From Eledone cirrhosa (taxonomy: Eukaryota): 64,000 nucleotides of DNA. A program made the position numbers and the translations under genes. This document shows, piece by piece, positions 55,905-64,000 of the stretch. Under the pieces are notes generated by a model, which was not told the DNA's origin, did no database searches, and worked only from the letters and a program-made list of their open reading frames with translations. Position 1 is the first letter of the stretch; every line of letters starts with the position of its first letter. The stretch is from assembly GCA_964016885.1 (NCBI GenBank), contig OZ024763.1, positions 2,914,001 to 2,978,000 on the forward strand. Reading direction: 5' to 3'.

Positions 55905-56480
55905 TCTCCCTAGTGCTGGCGATAACATGATAAAGGTCACCCAGTACATGCTGTAAAGTGGTTGGTGTTAGGAAGGGCATCAAGCCATATGAATTGCTTG
56001 CCAAATAAGTGGTTGGGAGAACCCTCTGTTGTGTCAAGGACATTACTCTCCCTAGTTCTGGGGATTTACATGATAAAAGTCACCCAGTACATGCTGTAAA
56101 GTGGTTGGTGTTAGGAAAGACATCCAGTTGTAGAAAGCTTGCTATACAGTGTTGGTAGGACCCATTAGTTGTGTCAAGGGCATAACAACCTTCCTAGTGT
56201 TTGGTGTTAGGAAGGGCATCCAGTCAAAACTTACCACAGAAAGCTTAATAAAAGGGTTGGGAGGACACTTTAGTTCTGTGAAGGACATGACAACCTCTCT
56301 AGTGTTGGAGATTTACATGTTAAAAGGCACCTCGTACATGCTGTAATGTGGTTGATGTTATGAAGCGCATCCAGCCATAGAAAACTTGCTATATAAGGGG
56401 TTAAGAGGACCCTTTAGTTATGTGAAGGATATGACAACCCTCCCTAATGCTGGGGAATCTACACTATAAAAAACACCCAG
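55905..56480 (+). repeat. ~135-155-bp tandem units derived from an RTE/SINE-type tail
   Basis: cacccagtacatgctgtaaagtggttggtgttaggaagggcatc...tagttgtgtcaaggacat; same unit at 63590-63910. Confidence 0.7.
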
Positions 56481-56629
56481 TACTAGTTTCACTCTGGTGG
56501 TGAATATTACACCGGTTTCACTCTTGGTTTTTGTGTTTTGAATGAATATGGCCTTTAAAATGTTTAGAAATTGGTAAAAAAAATAATCATTGCACAGCGG
56601 AATTGTGTAACAAAAACTATACTCTTGTT

Positions 56630-56753
56630 CAGTGGTCACCAACCAAATATTTTAATGTATTTATCTTCTTTAAAAAAATTCATATTAGTGGTCTGCAGGA
56701 TTTCAAATTATGAATTTAGTGGTCCGTGAGGTCGGAAAGGTTGGCGACTGCTG
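56630..56753. mobile_element. hAT-like MITE remnant
   Basis: Imperfect TIRs cagtggtcaccaacc / ggttggcgactgctg; no clear TSD. Confidence 0.45.
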
Positions 56754-57024
56754 CTCAAAATGTCACTTAAAATATTTTAAATATCAAAATATTAGAGCTT
56801 CATAAATGTATTCTCCACTCATGAGAATTTCAAAACTGTCTCATCTAAACATAATGTGTTGATTAGCTGTGTTGGTTTATAAATGGCGTTTGGATTTTTG
56901 CCCATTTCTCAGACATAAAATAGGGGTCTTCTTATATACGAGTATATATACATAGTATATGTCAAGGCTATTTTACTCTTTTCAGTATCAACTCTTTATT
57001 CTTGGAGAACCAGCATTTCAAGGT

Positions 57025-57421
57025 TCAACCCTTTACCATTTACATTACTCTATATATACTATTGTATTTTCACAGTAAAGGCTTTACCTCACATACCATT
57101 TACATTACTCTATATATACTATTGTATTTTCACAGTAAAGACTTTACCTCACATACCATTTACATTACTCTATATATACTATTGTATTTTCACAGTAAAG
57201 GCTTTACCTCACATACCATTTACATTACTCTATATATACTATTGTATTTTCACAGTAAAGGCTTTACCTCACATAATATCGAATATATGAGATTTTATTA
57301 TTTATTTTAAGAACAATATCTTAACATAAGTATGAGCAGCCAGTTTCGGCCGGATTGAACAGAAATATTTAAATGCTAAGGGTTAAGGGTTGAACAGAAA
57401 TATTTAAATGCTAAGGGTTAA
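57025..57421. mobile_element. piggyBac-like MITE (same family as 23793) with a 60-bp unit x4 and duplicated right end
   Basis: tcaa-ccctttaccattt ... aaatgctaaggg-TTAA. Confidence 0.65.
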
Positions 57422-57884
57422 ATAAATAGGTGGGAGTTGTAACAACAACAACAACATGATAGGACTAGGGTCCCTAACATTAAGATACCAGAGAAGTATT
57501 CTATGGGATGCAACCTTATATGAGGCCAGTTAAAAACTGTTATAGGGGTTGTTAGCTGTATAGTCTGATGAAAGGCAAAGTTAACTTTGGTGGGATTTGA
57601 ACTCAGAATATAAGGGTCTGGTAACTATATGCTACAAAACACACTTACACATACTCACGCACGCACACATACAAATACACACAAATACACTCAGTTAGAC
57701 AATGTACATTATAATAATCAACACATAGTGATGTCTCCCTCACTTGTCTCTTACCATCTCTCATTTCCCTCCCCCCTTTCTCTCATTCCTTCCCCTCCCC
57801 CTTTCTCTCATTCCTTCCCCTTCTCATCCCTACTCTCTCTCCACTTACACACACACAATATATATACATGTGTCTCTCTCTCTC

Positions 57885-58044
57885 TCTGTATATATATATA
57901 TATAGATGTGTGTGTGTATATATATATATGTGTGTGTGTATATATATATAGATGTGTGTGTGTGTATATATATATGTGTGTGTATATATATATATATGTG
58001 TACATTTATATATGTGTATATATGTGTGTGTATATATATATATA

Positions 58045-58075
<31 letters not shown>

Positions 58076-58167
58076 GTGTGTATATATATATATATGTGTA
58101 TATATATATGTGTGTGTATATATATATGTGTGTGTACATTTATATATGTGTATATATATGCGTGTGT

Positions 58168-58205
<38 letters not shown>

Positions 58206-58470
58206 ACATTTATATGTGTATATATGTGTGTGTGTGTATATATGTGTGTGTATATATATATGTGTGTGTATATATATATATGTGTGTGTATATATATATA
58301 TATGTGTGTATATATATATGTGTGTGTATATATATATATGTGTGTGTATATATATATATGTGTGTGTATATATATATATGTGTGTGTATATATATATATG
58401 TGTGTGTATATATATATATGTGTGTGTACATTTATATATGTGTATATATATGCGTGTGTGTGTAAATATA
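57885..58470. repeat. (TG)n(TA)n compound microsatellite
   Basis: Low complexity. Confidence 0.95.
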
Positions 58471-59049
58471 TATTTCTTTTTAGCTGTTCTTTAATGTTAT
58501 CAGTTGGTGTCATCAGGTACATTTCATTTGACCTGTCTTTGATTAATTATAGAGAATATGAATCAATTAGGGAGCTTAGTAGGGGGTGGGGTGGTAGTAT
58601 GGTAGCGGTGGGATAGTGGTGGTGGGGGTGGGGCTTGAGGTAGTGGTGATGGGGGTGGTGTTGGTAGTAATATGGCAGGGTTGGGGACTGGGTGGGGTAG
58701 TGGTGATGGTGGTTGGTAGAGAAGTATGTGGTGGTTGTGGTGGTAGCATGATGTAGTGGTGGTGTTGATGCTTGGAGACATTGGTGGTGGTGGTTGTTGT
58801 AGTGGTGGGGTGGTGTTGATGCTTGGAGACATTGGTGGTGGTGGTTGTTGTAGTGGTGGGGTGGTGTTGATGCTTGGAGACATTGGTGGTTGTTGTAGTT
58901 GTAGTGGTGGTGGTGATATTAGTATGATTATGATGGTGGTATGATAGCATGGTGGTTGTGGAGGTGGTAGTGGTGATGTGATAATCGGTAGAAATTCTAC
59001 CTCCAGTCGGTCAGTTTGATAACCAGATGGTTGTTTAGTTGTTGATTTC

Positions 59050-59090
59050 TCAAAGCTCTTTCGTCACACATTCTGTGACCTCCTCAGTGA
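59050..59090 (-). ncRNA. Degenerate minimal hammerhead motif
   Basis: Reverse strand reads tca CTGAGGA g gtcaca gaatg tgtgac GAAA gagc TT tga. Confidence 0.45.
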
Positions 59091-59536
59091 CTAATTTATT
59101 GTCTCTCCTTTGTTCTCTCCTACACCATGTTTTCATAGCTCTAGCATCACTCTTTCATAGTCAGCCTCTAAACTTTCCAGCTGACCCTCATATATTGACA
59201 TGTCCAACCCTTGCTAGCAGGGAAAGCAGACATTAGAAGTATGATGAGGTATGAGCTCAAGAAAAGATAATACGTTGGTGGAGCCTGTCTAGAGAGGGTT
59301 GTTGGAGGTATGGCTAATAAGGAAGGTAGTTTTAATTAATTAATTACCTTCCTTATTCACACCTGCAGCTGTTCTCATTAGACTCCTTCCACCACTTTCT
59401 TTAGAAATTGATTTTTTTACCCATTTCCTTACTTTTTTTACTCTCATCTCTCTTTCTACTTCTTTTTCTGACTCTCATTCTCTCTTCTGATGAAGGACTA
59501 ACATCTGAAATGTTAAGACCCTTTCCTTACTCTCTT

Positions 59537-59938
59537 GTCACTACATCTGACCAGATGTACAGAGACTGTATCATTACATCTGACCAGATGTACAGAGACT
59601 GTCATTACATCTGACCAGATGTACAGAGACTGTCATTACATCTGACCAGATGTACAGAGACTGTCATTACATCTGACCAGATGTACAGAGACTGTCATTA
59701 CATCTGACCAGATGTACAGAGACTGTCATTACATCTGACCAGATGTACAGAGACTGTCATTACATTTGACCAGATGTATAGAGACTGTGTCACTACAGCT
59801 GACCAGATGTATAGACTGTATCATTACATCTGACCAAATGTACAGAGACTATATCACTACATCTGACCAGATGTACAGAGACTGTGTCATTACATCTGAC
59901 CAGATGTATAGAGACTGTATCACTACATTTGTACATCT
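59537..59938. repeat. 31-33-bp hairpin minisatellite, ~12 copies
   Basis: Unit tacatctg-ac-cagatgta-cagagactgtcat. Confidence 0.93.
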
Positions 59939-60470
59939 GGTTGTTTGAAATTGCGATTGAAAAGTTTCTCTTACAAGATTTTCTTGTTTACAAAACCTGA
60001 TCGCTAAGTTCTCTTGGGAAGCTTGGAATTACCCTGGTTGGGTGTGTGGTGTGTGTATGTTGTATGGCTGTGTTTGTGGGTGTTGTGTTTGTCTGTTGAT
60101 TGTGTGTGTGTGTAGGTATATATGTGTGTGTATTTTGGGTGGGGTATGTTTGGGATTTATTGAAGGCGCGCGCGCGTGTGTGTGTGTGGGGGGGGGTATT
60201 TTGTTTGCCAGAGAGAGAGTGTGTGTGTGTGTGTGTGTGTGAGTAGATTGTGGTGGTTATTTTTGTTGTTTGGCCCCAGATCTGCACTCATTGAGATGAC
60301 CTAGATCAAAAGCCTTCCATTTGTGACACTCCACACTTATTTCTAGACATTAGTATTTATCAACTACATTATTCCAATCCAATGTGACCTTCTATTGTTA
60401 TAAAGAGTGAGATTTGACTGCTATTTCTAGTTGGTTGAATATACACTAGGATTCCTCCTTCATTGATATA

Positions 60471-60547
60471 CAGTGTCCCCCAAAAATGTATACACACTTT
60501 CATTATAATGATGTTGAAGTGTGGATACATTTTTTGGGAGCACCCTG
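60471..60547. mobile_element. MITE M1 copy
   Basis: cagtgtcccccaaaaatgtatacac...gtggatacattttttgggagcaccctg. Confidence 0.7.
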
Positions 60548-60780
60548 TATGAGCAAGACATGGTCACCTGACCTAGCATTGCCCACAACAGGACAGTTTG
60601 TCTAACTCATGCTAGTATGGAAAAGGGATGTAAAATGGTGATGATGATATATCAAGGATGCAAAAAACGAACTAACAAGATGACGTATTAACATAGTTGT
60701 ATTAGTTTCACACTTAGAAGAAAAAATATATATATACATATATCATTATATATATATATCATCATCATCATCATCATTTG

Positions 60781-61083
60781 AGATTGAAACCAAGAGGAAT
60801 AAACTGTGGTGTGCAGGAGAGAAGACTGCGTTGGTGTGTACATTTGATACACATGGAGGATGACCACTGGGTGAAGAAGTGCCAAGAAATGCCAGTAGAA
60901 GGAAGACACAGTAGAGGAAGACCACAAAAAACATGGGAGGAGGTGGTGAGAGCTAACCTCAGATTGCTGAAGCTCATGGAAGAGATGACAAAGGACCGTG
61001 ACAAGTGGAGAGATGATGTCCTGAAGAGGACATGTCCCACCCTTGGAAGCAGGGAAAAGCTGACGTAAAATGATGATGATGAT
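60781..61083 (+). mobile_element. RTE LINE 3' end (second family), with the tail shared by SINE B
   Basis: QERRLRWCVHLIHMEDDHWVKKC..GRHSRGRPQKTW; tail gtcccacccttggaagcagggaaaagctgacgtaaaa(tga)n. Confidence 0.88.
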
Positions 61084-61288
61084 ATATATGTATATATAGT
61101 AATAATAATAAAATTGAAGACTAAAATCCAAAGAGGGCTCGATAAGGATAAATATATATAAGAACCATAGAGCAAATATTTATTAAAAGAACAGATTAAA
61201 GTTTAAGCAAAGAATTGCTGCTTTCACAGAAGATCCCGTTAAGGGTGAAAGCAGTGATTCTTTGCTTAAACTTTAATATGTTATTTTA

Positions 61289-61320
<32 letters not shown>

Positions 61321-61323
<3 letters not shown>

Positions 61324-61560
61324 ATTAGAAAGTGAACAACACAAAATATAACTACATTACCAAAGGTTTCTGGATGACAGACAATATTAATATACGCCTG
61401 GATCTGATGACCGATCCAGACATATATTAATATTGTCTGGGATCCAGAAACCTTTGGTAATGGAGTAGTTATATTTTGTGTTGTTCACTTTCTAATTAAA
61501 TAGCTCTGTTCTATACATAGAGCACTCTTTTTTCCTTTGCTTTTTCTTCGGAATTACCTA
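61321..61560 (+). mobile_element. Family H2 fold-back insert with degenerate HHR (61401-61462)
   Basis: CTGATGA 61404-61410; hairpin ccagaca..tgtctgg; GAAA cc ttt gg TA; inverted arm 61321-61393; downstream agctctgt..catagagcact..ggaattac shared with 6435-6490. Confidence 0.62.
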
Positions 61561-61749
61561 ACATACACACACACTATTGTATGGCTGGGTTTTGCCTGCC
61601 GCAATTTTCAATTTGTCAAGCTATCTAAACATAATGTTATTACTCTGAGGACCTACCCTTATTGAGTGCTTTGCTACTCATTCCTAATTGTAGGTCGACT
61701 TTGCTTGGCCACAGCCAAAGCTTCGATTTTACTAAGCTTAGCTTCCACT

Positions 61750-61793
<44 letters not shown>

Positions 61794-62015
61794 TAAAAAA
61801 ATAATGAATAAAACAATGAAACAGTTCCTTATATTAAACAAAAAAAGTTCATTATTTAACGATCGTTTCTAGGATATATATGTGTGTTAGAATTGGCATG
61901 CATATTCAACAGATCTATGTACAAAATTATACAAAATTATACAAACTATCAAAATTAAATATACATACCAACACATATTTCTGCCGTCTTCTCGTAAACT
62001 CTTGGTAGATTTATC

Positions 62016-62052
<37 letters not shown>

Positions 62053-62054
62053 AT

Positions 62055-62393
62055 GGAGGCACATGGCTTAGTGGTTAGAGCATTGGCCTTGCAATCGAAA
62101 GGTGAGTTCAATTTTCAGACCGGGTGATGTGTTGTTTCCTTGAGCAAGACACTTTATTTCACATTGCTCCAGTTTACTCAGCTGTAGAAATGAGATGATA
62201 GGGACCGTGGGGTCCCTATCATTCCACTGCAAAGTGGTCGTGGAGGTGCCACGGCAAAAAAGCACCCAGCACTCACTGTAAATGAGGTTGGTGTTAGGAA
62301 GGGCATCCGGCTGTAGAAATCAAGCCAGCATCAGTTCCCGTCCCACCCTTGCAAGCAGGGAAAAGCGGCCGTAAAATGAAATGATGATGATGA
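62055..62393 (+). mobile_element. CORE-SINE B
   Basis: Family B consensus. Confidence 0.9.
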
Positions 62394-62559
62394 TTGTGTA
62401 TGTGGATTGTTGAGACTATTTTGTCACAGAATTGTAACATAAGAGCCAGAACAAATATGAATACTGCAAATCATTCTGTCCAACATTCTAAACACTTTAT
62501 CAATTTTGTCTTTCTGACATAAACAGGTGTGTAAACAACTGTTTGTGTTGATATAGTTA

Positions 62560-62656
62560 CCTGGTGGACAGTAGCTTTGTGTTGACTTAACAGGTGGACA
62601 GTAACGCTGTGTTGACTTAACAGGTGGACAGTAATGCTGTGTTGACTTAACAGGTG
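62560..62656. repeat. 30-bp tandem repeat x3
   Basis: tgtgttgacttaacaggtggacagtaa. Confidence 0.85.
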
Positions 62657-62881
62657 TACAGGTCCACTTTGACAAGTTCTGTGTCCTACCCCCACTTGGT
62701 AAATGGTAAATGAATGAGGTCTGGGTCATTGTTGACCTTCAAAGAAAGAAAGATATAGTGTAACTCTGTCTCTTTGTAATAAAAGAGAAAAATAACAATA
62801 GTTTGGGACAAATTATTTATTATTGGAGTTTAGCCAATGGTCAGTGGATATTTGCTGTGAAGAACTGGTGATGAGAGACAA

Positions 62882-62945
<64 letters not shown>

Positions 62946-62983
62946 ATATATACATACACATATATATATATATATATATACAT

Positions 62984-63024
<41 letters not shown>

Positions 63025-63317
63025 TGATATATATATATATAGAGAGAGAGTGGTGTCATGTAAAATAAGTTTTGGGCAGATTGCCCACTTCACCCCCCCC
63101 CCCCCCCCCACACACACACTTTGCTGTGTCCTGAGTCCTGAACTACTTTTTTTTTTATTTACCCTTCACTGTGGCTTCTATTGTTTCATGTTGTTGATGT
63201 TAGTAGTTCTATGGTTGGTGGTGGTGGTGGTGGTGCTGGTAGTACTGTTCGTGGTGGTGGTGTAGTACATTGGTAGTACTGTTGGAAGTGGTGGTGTGTT
63301 GTTGATTTTGGCATTCT

Positions 63318-63535
63318 TGAGTACAAAACAACACTATGACTACATCACATTAAATATTAAAGTCTTTACTGTAATACTGTAAATGTCCACAAAAATCTGT
63401 CCACCAGTAAAGATACTATAAACATTTAGTACAAAACAACACTAGGACTACATCACATTAAATATTAAAGTCTTTGCTGTAATACTGTAAATTTTCACAA
63501 TCTGTCCACCAGGAAATATACTTTAAACATTTGAA
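63318..63535. repeat. ~109-bp tandem duplication
   Basis: agtacaaaacaacacta..actacatcacattaaatattaaagtcttt occurs twice. Confidence 0.85.
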
Positions 63536-63589
63536 TTAAGAAACCAGTTTTCAAGTATTTTTTGCTAAATCTTTACTGCATGTCAAGGG

Positions 63590-63910
63590 TTAAACAAGAT
63601 GTTGGGAGGACCTTTAGTTTGTGTCAAGGACATGGTAGTGTCCTTAGTGCTGGTGATGTCTATAAAAGCACCCAGTACACTCTCTAAAGTGGTTGGTGTT
63701 AGGAAGGACACCCAGCTGTAGAAAGCTGACTAAACAAAGGGTCGAGAGGACCCTTTAGTTGTATCAAAGACATGATAACCTCCCCAGTGTTGATCTACAC
63801 ATTAAAAGCACCCAGTACACTCTGTAAAGTGATTTGTGTTAGGAGGGACATCCAGCTGTAGAAAGTTTGTCAAAGGGTTGGAAGGACCCTTCAGTTTGTG
63901 TCAAAGACAA
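63590..63910 (+). repeat. Tandem RTE/SINE-tail-derived units
   Basis: aaaagcacccagtacactct.taaagtg.ttggtgttagga; homologous to 55905-56480. Confidence 0.7.
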
Positions 63911-64000
63911 CTTCTCATCTGAACTTGATATGACCCTACGTAAGCAGGGTATAAACCCCTTGGCCTGTCTGGGACATCGGTGGCCCCGTTTCAGTACTGA

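Overview
Eukaryotic, very AT-rich non-coding DNA, probably intronic or intergenic. The repeat repertoire suggests an octopod cephalopod; this is inference. Almost every ORF in the track is a translation artefact of (TA)n/(CA)n/(CT)n/(GGT)n microsatellites, and no host gene can be called confidently. The recognisable content is: (i) huge dinucleotide microsatellites; (ii) several tRNA-derived SINE families, including CORE-type SINEs with an RTE-derived tail; (iii) decayed RTE, RTE-X and CR1-clade LINE fragments; (iv) Tc1/mariner-, piggyBac- and hAT-like MITEs; (v) many minisatellites, several born from TE sequence. The most interesting signal is a set of about 10 type-I hammerhead-ribozyme (HHR) motifs (stem I-CUGANGA-stem II-GAAA-stem III-NUH-stem I). 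They belong to at least 4-5 sequence families and lie in short, non-coding, often fold-back inserts, most flanked by (TA)n. Homologous copies keep the catalytic core while stem II changes sequence completely but stays paired. This fits Penelope-like pseudo-LTR remnants or non-autonomous retrozyme-like elements. All structure calls were made by eye and need covariance-model and cleavage tests.
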